The position numbers were made by a program, and so were the translations under genes. DNA of 64,000 nt, taken from positions 7,501 through 71,500 of the forward strand of contig CAYPSN010000004.1 in assembly GCA_964413715.1 (NCBI GenBank), given 5' to 3'. Positions 1-9,200 of this stretch are shown one piece after another. A model generated the notes under the pieces. It was not told the origin of the DNA. It was given only the letters and a program-made list of their open reading frames with translations, and did not search any database. This stretch comes from an uncultured Candidatus Saccharibacteria bacterium (GTDB lineage: Bacteria > Patescibacteriota > Saccharimonadia > CAILAD01 > JADZBC01). How positions within the stretch are numbered: position 1 is the first letter of the stretch; every line of letters starts with the position of its first letter.

Positions 1-402
1 AAAGTTCCCGTTATGATCCATTTTGCCTTACTCGGTTCGATTGAACGTTTCTTGTCGGTATACATTGAGCACACGGCCGGTGCATTCCCGCTGTGGCTGG
101 CGCCCGAACAGGTTCGCGTTCTTCCAGTGTCTGATAAGTTCTCAGAATACGGTAAAAAAGTAGCAACTGAGCTTAAGGCTTCTGGAGTGCGGGCAGTGTG
201 TGACGCCGACAATGAGTCGCTTGGTAAGCGCATACGGGCCGCTGAGGCCTTGAAAGTGCCATATATATTGGTAGTAGGTGAGCGCGAGCAAGCCGCCGGA
301 GAGGTGGCTGTACGTAAGCGAGGCGAGGGTGATAAAGGCAGCAAAGCAGCTGCGGAGTTTGCAAAAGATATCACCCATGAAATTAAGTCCAGAAAGATCT
401 AG
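1..402 (+). CDS. thrS: Threonyl-tRNA synthetase, C-terminal anticodon-binding domain. The gene is 5'-truncated by the window edge.
   Basis: The translation 'LGSIERFLSVYIEHTAGAFPLWLAPEQVRVLPVSDKFSEYG...VPYILVVGERE..GEVAVRKRG' aligns with the ThrRS C-terminus (E. coli '[41 protein letters not shown]...VPYMLVCGDKE'). The frame is open to position 1. Confidence 0.8.
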   Translation, partial: KVPVMIHFALLGSIERFLSVYIEHTAGAFPLWLAPEQVRVLPVSDKFSEYGKKVATELKASGVRAVCDADNESLGKRIRAAEALKVPYILVVGEREQAAGEVAVRKRGEGDKGSKAAAEFAKDITHEIKSRKI

Positions 403-408
403 GCTAGG

Positions 409-903
409 ATGGTAAACCTCCTCCAGGGTAGTAAAGAATTTCCGTATCATGTATCAATTGGTGCGGTGCTTGTAAATGGTGATGGCAAGGTCTGCGTTCA
501 TCACTTTGATACGGTTGAGCACGCAGGTCGCAAAGCCAAGGATATTTATATACTTATGCGGGAAACACCTGAAGGCAACGAGTCGCCGGTCCAAACTCTA
601 GTGCGGGGGTTGAAAGAGGAGTTTGGCGCTACGGCATCCGTTCGACACTATATAGGGAGTCTTACTTGCAGTCCTCGACTGCCCAATAATCAGGAAAAGA
701 CAACCTTGTACTTCCTGTGTGATGTTATTGATCAGGATGTTTCGCGCAGGGAGAACACCGACATTGAGTTTGAAAGTGTGCTTGAATGGCACGATGTAGA
801 CTTCTTAATGACTCGCATGAAGCAGCAGCTTAAAGAAACAGGCTATGAAGATATCGATGAATCAAAAATACTCGAAAGGGCAAAGCAATACATAATCTCA
901 TAG
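409..903 (+). CDS. NUDIX hydrolase-like protein
   Basis: 'ESPVQTLVRGLKEEFGA' approximates the Nudix box E-x7-R-E-U-x-E-E-x-G-U with one deviation. Size and neighbourhood are compatible. Confidence 0.4.
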   Translation: MVNLLQGSKEFPYHVSIGAVLVNGDGKVCVHHFDTVEHAGRKAKDIYILMRETPEGNESPVQTLVRGLKEEFGATASVRHYIGSLTCSPRLPNNQEKTTLYFLCDVIDQDVSRRENTDIEFESVLEWHDVDFLMTRMKQQLKETGYEDIDESKILERAKQYIIS

Positions 904-908
904 CAGTT

Positions 909-1751
909 GTGGGTCCGACGGCGAGCGGAAAGTCCGCATTGGCCATGGAGCTGGCGCAGCAGTTTAATGGCGAGATCATCTGCGCTGATTCACGGACGAT
1001 TTATCGAGGTTTTGACATCGGTACTGCAAAGCCAACGAAGCAGGATCAGCAGCTTGTGTCTCATCATCTGCTGGACATTTGCGAGCCTGGTGAGGAATTT
1101 AGCGTAGCAAGGTTTAAGCAGCTAGCCGAAGAGGCCATGCAAGACATATGGAAACGAGGTAGGGTGGCCTTCTTAGTGGGTGGCAGCGGCATGTACATTG
1201 ATGCCGTTTTGTTTAACTACAGCTTTCGCACTGGCGAGGTGCATGATTCAGAGGACTACAGCCAGCTTAGCCTTGAGGAGCTACAGCGTCTTGTGCAGCA
1301 GCGCTACCCTCAAGGGGCAGAGTCGATTGATCTAAAGAATAGGTTACGACTCGAGCAAATCCTAGAGCGCGGGTTGGCGCATGATAGCGACCGAAGGCAA
1401 CTAGCTTATGATTGTCTTATACTGGGCCTTAATCCGGATAGACTTTTATTAAAGCAAAAAATAGTCGATAGGGTCGACGTCATGTTGAACAACGGATTTA
1501 TTCAAGAGGTAAAAGAGCTTTTGAAACGCTATGGTCGGGATTGTCCCCAGCTCAAAATAATTGGCTACAAACACGCCGTTTCCTACCTGGAAGGTGGGAT
1601 TAGCCTCGAGGAAATGCGCGAACTTTTCGCCCACGATGATTTGGCTCTAGCCAAGCGGCAGGCGACATGGTTTAAGCGCAATCAGGCTATTAATTGGCTT
1701 CACAATATGTCTGAGGCTGCAGTGCTCGTCGACAACTATTTGTCGCGTTAG
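909..1751 (+). CDS. miaA: tRNA dimethylallyltransferase (tRNA isopentenyltransferase). GTG start.
   Basis: N-terminal P-loop 'GPTASGKSALAMELAQQFNGEIICADSRTIYRGFDIGTAKPT' is the MiaA signature. The gene is about 280 aa. Confidence 0.85.
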   Translation: MGPTASGKSALAMELAQQFNGEIICADSRTIYRGFDIGTAKPTKQDQQLVSHHLLDICEPGEEFSVARFKQLAEEAMQDIWKRGRVAFLVGGSGMYIDAVLFNYSFRTGEVHDSEDYSQLSLEELQRLVQQRYPQGAESIDLKNRLRLEQILERGLAHDSDRRQLAYDCLILGLNPDRLLLKQKIVDRVDVMLNNGFIQEVKELLKRYGRDCPQLKIIGYKHAVSYLEGGISLEEMRELFAHDDLALAKRQATWFKRNQAINWLHNMSEAAVLVDNYLSR

Positions 1752-1777
1752 TTGTGTAATTATTTACTCAAAAAGTG

Positions 1778-1807
1778 TTGGCTTTTGGCTGACTCAAAGC
1801 TTATAAT
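1778..1807 (+). promoter_or_regulatory. Putative sigma70 promoter: -35 TTGGCT, 18 nt spacer, -10 TATAAT. It lies upstream of the 1872 gene and is followed by an imperfect palindrome 'gtgtgcagcattgtacac'.
   Basis: Read directly: ttggct at 1778-1783, tataat at 1802-1807. Confidence 0.35.
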
Positions 1808-1871
1808 GGTAGCTAGATATAGCAAAAAGTGTGCAGCATTGTACACATTATCGAGGTAGAGGACAGCAAAA

Positions 1872-2579
1872 ATGGGCTTCGAACACTTGTTTGGATCAAA
1901 GACGCGCGTGAAGCTTTTGAGCTTGTTTTATAACAATCCAGAGCGCCCTTTTTACGTCCGTGAAATTACTCGCAAGGTAAATGAACAAATCAACTCTGTA
2001 CGTCGTGAGCTGCAGAACTTACTCAACATTGGGATTGTAAAATCGGTTAACCAATCGAATCGACTTTATTACGAGGTGGATCCGCGCTATAAGTTCCACA
2101 CGCAGCTGCAATCTATATTCCAGCAGATACCTGCAAAGAGTAAAGAAATTAAAGAGACTAAGGAAGAGGATCAGATCCTACGGAAGATTTCGAAGGCCGG
2201 GAATGTAAAGGTGTTGTTCCTGACTGGTGCCTTCGTGCGTGGTAGTAATCAAAACGTCGATATATGCATAGTCGGCGACATGAACAAAGCCCAGCTTGCC
2301 AAGGTGATTGGTGATATGGAGCAAGAAATGAGCCGGGAGCTTAACTATTGGGCGATGCGAGTTGAGGATTTTGATTACCGACGTAATCTTAACGATCGGT
2401 TCCTGATGGACATTCTGGATGCGAAGAAGAAGGTGTTGGTTGATACGCTCGAAGTGTTTGGGGGTAAAAATCAGCACGAGGTGGAGGACGACTCAAGCGA
2501 TGGGTCATTAGACGGCTCGGGGCGCCCACCGTTTACGGGTGAGCCAACAGAAACCATAAAAGTCGAGGTGCAGGGCTAA
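1872..2579 (+). CDS. Hypothetical protein with an N-terminal winged-helix-like region and an acidic, low-complexity C-terminus. Possible regulator.
   Basis: 'VREITRKVNEQINSVRRELQNLLNIGIVKS' looks like a wHTH recognition segment. No catalytic motif was recognised. Confidence 0.35.
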   Translation: MGFEHLFGSKTRVKLLSLFYNNPERPFYVREITRKVNEQINSVRRELQNLLNIGIVKSVNQSNRLYYEVDPRYKFHTQLQSIFQQIPAKSKEIKETKEEDQILRKISKAGNVKVLFLTGAFVRGSNQNVDICIVGDMNKAQLAKVIGDMEQEMSRELNYWAMRVEDFDYRRNLNDRFLMDILDAKKKVLVDTLEVFGGKNQHEVEDDSSDGSLDGSGRPPFTGEPTETIKVEVQG

Positions 2580-3605
2580 ATGGCGCAACGCGAGCGAGTA
2601 ATTGCCGATATATCGCTCCGGTCATACCTGTACTTGCTCGGTGCTTTGGCGGCGGTGGCGTTTTTATGGTTTATTTCTGACATCTTGATTCTGTTATTTG
2701 CCAGTATCGTTTTTGCCGCTGCGCTTGATCCGTCCGTTAAGGCGATTCAGAAGTTTAAGGTGCCTCGGGCGGCCGCAGTGGCCCTCATCTACCTGGCATT
2801 CATTGCATTTGTGGTCGGTACAGTTTTGCTCATCATACCTACAGTTTCAGCCCAGGTTGATATTATTACTAAGAATTTACCGGTCTACACAGAACGTCTC
2901 AAAGAATTCGCACAGCACTGGCCTCAGTTGGAGCAGGTTTATACCAAGCTTACCGAACAGGCATCCAGCCTAGGTGACCAGTTGGTGCGCAATGCGGCTC
3001 CCGTTGCCGCCGGCATATTTAGTGGCGCATTAGGCTTTGTTACCTTCTTGGTTTTGACGTTTTATATGCTTTCTGGGGGCAAGCGTATGGCCGTGGCGGC
3101 ATTTGACTTTATACCTCAGCCGCACCTCAAGAAGCGCTTGATTAACCTTAGTTTGGCAATCTCGACCCGACTGGGCTACTGGTTACGCGGCCAGGCGGTG
3201 TTGGGGCTGATTATATTCGTGGCAAGTTTTATTGGTCTCAGCTTGCTAGGTATTGAGTACGCGCTTACGTTGGCAGTGATTGCCGGCATTATGGAGCTGG
3301 TGCCACTCGTGGGAGCATATCTTGGTGCCATTCCGGCCGTATTAGTAGGAGTTACAACTTCGCCCGGTAAAGGTTTGGCGGTAGCCTTGCTTTTTCTGGC
3401 CATTCAACAGATTGAAGGCCATGTAATCGTTCCGCAGGTTATGAAGCGGGCACTTGGAGTGCCGCCAGTAATTATTCTGTCCGCTGTGCTCATTGGCGGT
3501 AAGCTCTTTGGTCTCGTGGGTGTACTCCTAGCAGCACCGGTGGCTGCGACGATTCTGGTGATCGCTGAAGATATCTTACGACAGCCAGATTTCTCGAAAG
3601 AATAG
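2580..3605 (+). CDS. AI-2E family transporter (PerM/UPF0118)
   Basis: Polytopic membrane protein of about 340 aa ending in the family-typical 'LLAAPVAATILVIAEDIL'. Confidence 0.7.
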   Translation: MAQRERVIADISLRSYLYLLGALAAVAFLWFISDILILLFASIVFAAALDPSVKAIQKFKVPRAAAVALIYLAFIAFVVGTVLLIIPTVSAQVDIITKNLPVYTERLKEFAQHWPQLEQVYTKLTEQASSLGDQLVRNAAPVAAGIFSGALGFVTFLVLTFYMLSGGKRMAVAAFDFIPQPHLKKRLINLSLAISTRLGYWLRGQAVLGLIIFVASFIGLSLLGIEYALTLAVIAGIMELVPLVGAYLGAIPAVLVGVTTSPGKGLAVALLFLAIQQIEGHVIVPQVMKRALGVPPVIILSAVLIGGKLFGLVGVLLAAPVAATILVIAEDILRQPDFSKE

Positions 3606-3662
3606 CTAAAGTCACTGCCTTACACCCTTGGTTATACCTGTAGCTTTTGCTAAAATGGCTAC

Positions 3663-4193
3663 ATGGATATAACATACTCACAAAAAAATGGCGTAAAAAT
3701 TACTGGTAAGAATGTGGCGGTAGCAATTGATGGCTCGGCTGATACGAAAGCAGACGTGCTGCTGTTTTCTGAGCCACAAAGTGAGCTAAAAAGTCTCACC
3801 AGCTTTGACAGCCCTGGTGAATTTGAGGTGAAGGGCTGTATGATCGATGCTCTTAAGGCTGGCGAAGACAAGACAGCCTACCGAGTTGATGTAGAAGAAG
3901 TTCGTTTGGGCTACTTGCCGGCATTCCCGGGCCAAGAAGACAAAACAGCCGATGCGCTAAGCGGCTGCGAGGTGTTATTTGTGCCTCTCAGTGGCGAGAC
4001 AGTAGAGAAGGTAACCAAATTAATTGGTTCGTACGAGCCAAAAATCGTTATCCCAATCCGCTACAGCGATGATGAGCTTAAGGCCTTTTTAGCAGAAATT
4101 GGTGCCAAAGATGTGGCTGCGGTCGAGAAGTATAAGTTTCAGCGCAAAGACATCGCAGATGACAAGCAAGAAGTCGTGGTGCTGGCTGGGTAA
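3663..4193 (+). CDS. MBL-fold (UPF0173/COG2220-like) hydrolase homologue, short and apparently lacking the HxHxDH metal motif
   Basis: N-terminus 'VKITGKNVAVAIDGS..DVLLFSEPQ' and C-terminus 'VLFVPLSGE..IVIPIRY' resemble the beta-lactamase-fold hydrolase family. The position expected for the His motif reads 'SEPQSELKS'. Confidence 0.35.
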   Translation: MDITYSQKNGVKITGKNVAVAIDGSADTKADVLLFSEPQSELKSLTSFDSPGEFEVKGCMIDALKAGEDKTAYRVDVEEVRLGYLPAFPGQEDKTADALSGCEVLFVPLSGETVEKVTKLIGSYEPKIVIPIRYSDDELKAFLAEIGAKDVAAVEKYKFQRKDIADDKQEVVVLAG

Positions 4194-4241
4194 TTCCTGG
4201 CTGATTAGTAATTTTTAGAGTAAAAAGTTTACACTAAAAAG

Positions 4242-4270
4242 AAAAAACCTCCTGATTTAGGAGGTTTTTT
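4242..4270. terminator. Bidirectional rho-independent terminator shared by the convergent 3663 gene and rpmB
   Basis: 'aaaaaacctcc tgattta ggaggtttttt': 6 bp stem flanked by an A-run and a T-run. Confidence 0.6.
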
Positions 4271-4478
4271 GCTCTGGCTGCATGGCAGCTTGCTTTTGGT
4301 ATTTGTTGAGCGTTCGAATCGTCGAAGCGGCAAGCTTAAGACGAACCTTTTGCCCATCAATAATCAGGGTCTTGGTCTGAAGGTTTGGCTTCCAGTCACG
4401 CTTTGTGTGGCGCATAGAGTGGCTTATGTTGTTGCCGAACTGCTTGCCTTTACCTGTGATGTCGCATTTGTATGACAT
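4257..4478 (-). CDS. rpmB: 50S ribosomal protein L28
   Basis: 'MSYKCDITGKGKQFGNNISHSMRHTKRDWKPNLQ' matches the L28 consensus ([33 protein letters not shown]). Confidence 0.85.
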   Translation of the reverse strand: MSYKCDITGKGKQFGNNISHSMRHTKRDWKPNLQTKTLIIDGQKVRLKLAASTIRTLNKYQKQAAMQPEQKTS

Positions 4479-4612
4479 AGTTAATTCCTTTTTCGGCGCG
4501 GTACTTATAATTATTTTGCGCTGAAGTAACCTGAATATACTAGCATAATTGGCAAGAGTTTACAAGAGTTTAGGTGGTTTTATGTGATAGGTATTTCGGT
4601 TATGATAGATGC

Positions 4613-5245
4613 ATGAATACCGACATCATTACTCTGGTTGGCTATGTGGTTACCTTGGTGATTTCGCTCACCGTGCATGAGTTTGCGCATGCGTGGGCTG
4701 GGCACCAACTGGGCGACGTGACAGCCAAAGGTGAAGGCCGTTTAACGCTCAACCCCTTAGCTCACATTGACCCACTTCTTACCTTGGCATTGCCGCTTTT
4801 ACTGATTATTGCCGGTTCTCCAGTGGTGTTTGGCGCGGCCAAGCCAGTGCCGTTTAATCCGTATGCTGTGCGGCATGGTAAATGGGGTGCGGCGCTTGTG
4901 GCAGCTGCTGGCCCACTTAGCAACCTAGTCATGGCTGCCTTCGTAGCACTCTACGTGCGACTTTTTAACTTGCCGAGCGGCGTAGATCAGTTGCTAATCA
5001 GCTTTATCCTCGTTAATCTGGGCTTCTTCGTGTTTAATATGCTGCCAATTCCGCCACTGGATGGCTCCAGGGTGCTTTATGCAGCTGCGCCACCTGCTCT
5101 GGCAGACGTAATGGATCGAATAGAGCGATTTGGTCTTGCCGGCATTATGCTAATACTCTTCTTGTTCTATCAGTTCTTAGGCCCCTTCATTGCTCGAATA
5201 GTCGGTTGGTTGGCCTACCTTTTGCTCGGCACCTCTGTGTTATAA
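4613..5245 (+). CDS. Site-2 protease family (peptidase M50) zinc metalloprotease
   Basis: HExxH in a TM helix ('VHEFAHAWAGHQLGD'), multi-TM, about 210 aa. The start is taken at the ATG 'MNTDII'; the upstream M at 4574 is less likely. Confidence 0.6.
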   Translation: MNTDIITLVGYVVTLVISLTVHEFAHAWAGHQLGDVTAKGEGRLTLNPLAHIDPLLTLALPLLLIIAGSPVVFGAAKPVPFNPYAVRHGKWGAALVAAAGPLSNLVMAAFVALYVRLFNLPSGVDQLLISFILVNLGFFVFNMLPIPPLDGSRVLYAAAPPALADVMDRIERFGLAGIMLILFLFYQFLGPFIARIVGWLAYLLLGTSVL

Positions 5246-5426
5246 TAAACATGTTCTGCGGCTCACGCCCCGAGTGGGTAAGTAACTTTTTCCTGTTAGA
5301 TAGTTACTTTGGGAGCTTTAGATTACCTCGGCTTGTAAAGCCTGAGTGTTGCGAGCACCCACCTGGATATTTCCGGGAAGAGTTAATGCCCTTGCGGAGC
5401 ATGCGGAGCGGATTTATTCCTATAAC

Positions 5427-5456
5427 CAAAAAGCCACCTGTAACGGGTGGTTTTTA
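5427..5456. terminator. Bidirectional terminator between the M50 protease gene (+) and the 5454..5981 gene (-)
   Basis: 'aaaaagccacc tgtaacg ggtggttttta'. Confidence 0.5.
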
Positions 5457-5981
5457 TAATGCAAACTGGTTTTTATAGCTTTCGGATCCGTCGAAGTCTT
5501 TTACAGCAATCACTTTAATCTCTTTTTGTAGGCCAAGGAGCTTGCGTAGGCCTTTTATGTAGGTGGTGGGGTCAAATGGGTACAGCCAGAGGCCCTTGGT
5601 GTAGTTTACAAAGCCTTGTAGCTTCAGCTGCGATGTGAGGTAGTTGCGAGTGACCTTTTGGCTGTCCGGTATTTCAAATGTCACCATATACCACGTACCA
5701 TTCCAGCTAGCGGGCTTTGGCACACCTTTCTTACTCAGGGTGTAAAGCTCTAGGTGGCGGATACCTTTGGGTGTAACTTTATATATTTTCTCGTCATCGA
5801 TTGACCCAACCGAAACAAAGCCTTGCTTGGCTAGCAGGGCGGCAGTATCGATGATACGGCGGCGGCCATTGCTGCCGAATAAGTTCAAAAGGGAACGGGC
5901 AGCTGTTAGTTCATCCTCGACGATGACTCGCTTGCCCGCTATGACTTTCAGCACCTCAGCTGATTTGTTGATCCTTGGCAC
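5454..5981 (-). CDS. PaaX-like putative transcriptional regulator (wHTH plus a PaaX_C-like domain)
   Basis: wHTH-like 'RIIDTAALLAKQGFVSVGS' followed by 'WNGTWYMVTFEIPDSQKVTRNYLTSQLKLQGFVNYTKGLWLYP', which resembles the PaaX C-terminal module. Confidence 0.35.
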   Translation of the reverse strand: MPRINKSAEVLKVIAGKRVIVEDELTAARSLLNLFGSNGRRRIIDTAALLAKQGFVSVGSIDDEKIYKVTPKGIRHLELYTLSKKGVPKPASWNGTWYMVTFEIPDSQKVTRNYLTSQLKLQGFVNYTKGLWLYPFDPTTYIKGLRKLLGLQKEIKVIAVKDFDGSESYKNQFAL

Positions 5982-6064
5982 ACATTTACTCGTTACATAA
6001 GTATTATGTCAAAGCATGAGAGTTATGTAAAGTACTTTTTGGTAGATTTTTGTATCTGTTGGAG

Positions 6065-6073
6065 TGATATAAT
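6065..6073 (+). promoter_or_regulatory. Extended -10 promoter (TGaTATAAT) for tRNA-Pro
   Basis: tgatataat at 6065-6073, 17 nt before the mature tRNA 5' end. Confidence 0.45.
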
Positions 6074-6089
6074 GGGGAAGGATCGACTA

Positions 6090-6165
6090 CAGGGTGTGGC
6101 GCAGTAGGTAGCGCGTACGGCTGGGGGCCGTGAGGTCGCAGGTTCAAGTCCTGTCACCCTGACCA
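6090..6165 (+). tRNA. tRNA-Pro, anticodon GGG, CCA encoded
   Basis: Hand-folded 76 nt cloverleaf: acceptor CAGGGTG/CACCCTG, D-stem GCGC/GCGC, anticodon stem TACGG/CCGTG with loop cTGGGgg (U33, G37), T-stem GCAGG/CCTGT, T-loop TTCAAGT, discriminator A, CCA. The minus-strand ORF 6023..6229 ('GLEPAT..') is its translation shadow. Confidence 0.85.
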
Positions 6166-6192
6166 AGCAATTATTTAGATGCTTAAATATAC

Positions 6193-6221
6193 TTGTTGCA
6201 ACCTTATTTTCTCGATATAAT
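6193..6221 (+). promoter_or_regulatory. Putative promoter of giant gene 1: -35 TTGTTG, 17 nt spacer, -10 TATAAT. The predicted transcript starts at the conserved leader 'aagcattattaa'.
   Basis: Read directly. The paralog at 26888-26916 has an analogous -10 at the same distance from the conserved leader. Confidence 0.4.
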
Positions 6222-6287
6222 AACCACAAGCATTATTAATGGAGAAGTAAGGCGGCTTTTCTCCTAAAGCGTCCAGCACAAACAAAA

Positions 6288-9200
6288 ATGGCCGATAAAG
6301 CCAAAACACTACTACAAAAACTCCACCTCAAGCCTTCAACTACTTTGAAGGTGAGTAAGAGTGCAGTATTTATTCTGCTTGGACTCATTTCGATTCAGAC
6401 GGTAGCTGGCGGATTGCTGTGGTATGCCAAGAAGATCAGGGCCAGCGGTGGCATAGTGCAGACCTCTACACTTGTTGCAAGCATACCTGGCTCAAATGGG
6501 GCAGCGTTTGGTAATAGCGTCACGGTAGATGCTAGTGGCAATAAGTATGTTATGGAGTGGTTTAGTGGCATTATCCATAAATATAACAGCTCGGGCGTGC
6601 AGTTGGTGCAATGGGGTGGTAGAAGTAGCAACTTTCTAAATGAGTATGTCCAGGGACAGTTCTATACTGGTGAGTGGAGTTATGCGATAGCCGCCAGCCC
6701 ATCTGGCGATATTTATGCCACGAACGTAGACCATATAGAACGATTTACTAATACAGGTACTTCTGTGACAAGCTGGATCTTGCCGGACGGCTATAGAACT
6801 ATGGGCGGAATAACAGTGGACTCACTTGGCAACGTATACGTAGCCGCTGGACCAAATATCCAAGATCAGCAGTTCGCGCCAAATCAAATTATGAAGTTTG
6901 GCCCTAATGGTGGTGCGACATTGGCACGATGGGGAAGCACGGGCAGTGGGGATGGTCAGTTTTTCAACTCAAATCTATCCCTTGCGAGCCTTCAGCTAGC
7001 TACTGATAGTTCTAATAATGTTTATGTAGTCGACTCCGGGAATTATAGGGTTCAGAAGTTTAATTCAACAGGTAACTATATAGCGCAGTGGGGGTCGCAG
7101 GGGTCAAATGGAAATCAGTTTTTGGGCCCATTTGGAATTGTTGTTACGGCCGATAACAATGTGTACGTTCAAGATGTTGACCAAAATATAGCTGGTGCAC
7201 AGACCTTGAAGAAATTTACGTCATCAGGTCAATTTTTGGCCCAAGCAGCACTACCCAGCTCACAATCAAGTCTGCTTTATGCTCTGGCGAGTGATGGAGG
7301 TAAGTACTTTGTTGCAACAATTCTCGAACCGATTGATGGTAATACATCTGTCGCTAAACTTATCCGTTTGCAAGATACTCTTTCAATAGAGATCACGGCT
7401 AATTCCCTGCCAAATGGTGCGGTTGGCCAGGCCTATTCACAGCAGATTAACGTGGCCGATGCGCAGGGTGATGTTGCATATACAACAACTTCAGGTTCTT
7501 TGCCTGCTGGGCTAAGCCTGAATAGTTCTACTGGTGCGATTACTGGTACGCCGACTACAGCTGGAACATACTCATTTACCGTCCAGGCCGCTGACAATGA
7601 GGCGAGTGACACGCAGGCGTTTGTAATTGTGGTCGATGCTGTAGGTAGGCAGGTTACAACCTTGCAGGTTACAGCAACGAATGAGGATTCGGTAACTATG
7701 AAGGGCACTACGAACCTACCGAGCGATGTTTTACAAGCCGGATTTCAGTATGGCCTAGATACCAACTACGGCTCCAGCCTCTCTTATGATCCAGGTAATA
7801 ACTTTCAAAATTCTTTTTCTTATGAACGTCAAGCTGGCGGATACGGTTCAGGCAATGGTCAAATGAACCAGCCGCTCGATGTGGCGACTGATGCACTAGG
7901 AAAAGTCTACGTTGTGGACACCCAGAATAACAGAATCCAGACTTTTACCTTGTCGGGTGAGTACGTTGGGCAATGGGGTAGTGCAGGATCCGGAAACGGT
8001 CAGTTCAACACTCCTACTCATGTTACCGTTGGGCAAAATGGCAACATTTATGTACTAGATTACGGCAACCAGAGGGTGCAGGTATTTGACTCGTCAGGCG
8101 CCTACATTGCACAGTGGGGCGGGTATGGTTCGGGCAATGGGCAGTTCATCAATCCTCAAGGGGGTATTGATACCGACAGTCAGGGTAATGTGTATGTTGG
8201 AGATACAGCGAACAATCGGGTGCAGAAGTTTGACGCAGCAGGGCTGTATCTTGGGCAGTGGGCCGTTACCAACCCCAAAGGATTGGCCGTGAATTCGGTT
8301 GACAGCGTTTATGTATCCCAAGGAGGATACAATACAATTAGGAAGTTCAGTTCTACGGGCACCCCTCAAGGAGTTATTGGTGGCACAGGCGGTGGATTAT
8401 ATGGCGCTGGTTCGGCTAACGGTGAGTTTGATGGTGTGTACGGTATTGATATAGATCTCGATACAAATCGCATCTTTGCTGCTGACGAAGGGAACTCTCG
8501 AGTTCAGGTGCTTGATGCTGATGGGGTATATATAGCAAAGTTTGGCGCCGCTGGGGCAGGGAATGGCCAGTTTGGAAACGAACGACTAGAAGTCGCTGTT
8601 GCCCCAGATGGGACGGTATTTGTCTCGGACGCTGCGAATGATAGAGTTCAGAAATTTGCAGGACCAATACAAGTGTTCACTAACGGGCTAACTTGTAATA
8701 CAACATATCACTACCGCGCCTTTGCTACAGATACAAACGGGACTGTTTACGGAAATGATGCAGCATTTACAACAAATGCCTGCCCTGACGTCCCGATAAA
8801 TATTACGAATCTTACGCTGCAAGATGGTATGGAATTGGTTGAGTATCAAGACCTAATAAACGTCGAGAATGCCACTGGTCCCGTAGGGTATTATGTAACG
8901 AGCGGTGATCTACCTCCGGGCTTAAGCCTGAATGCGACTACGGGCTACATTAATGGTACGCCAACTACTGCCGGCACATATAATTTCGATGTGACAGTGA
9001 GTGATAGTAATTCTCAAGATATCGTTAATTACAATCTTACTATTTTGAACTACACACCTCCTTTGGAAATAACTACAGCGGCGCTTCCTGATGCACAGTT
9101 AGTGGACTACTCTTTGACGTATAACGAGTATGTATACACTGCGAATAATCAGGGGAACGTGCAGTTTAGTGTTGTGAGTGGCTCATTGCCTCCCGGTATG

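Noticed and set aside
2698-2973. 91 aa plus-strand ORF (Arg/Leu-rich)
   Set aside because: It is an alternate frame inside the AI-2E transporter gene.
5206-5478. 90 aa plus-strand ORF after the M50 protease gene
   Set aside because: It runs through the bidirectional terminator hairpin at 5427-5456 and overlaps the 3' end of the convergent 5454..5981 gene. There is no RBS or motif.
6023-6229. 68 aa minus-strand ORF containing 'GLEPATSRPPAV'
   Set aside because: It is the translation shadow of the plus-strand tRNA-Pro(GGG) gene at 6090-6165. A minus-strand tRNA was also ruled out because there is no cloverleaf or CCA in that orientation.
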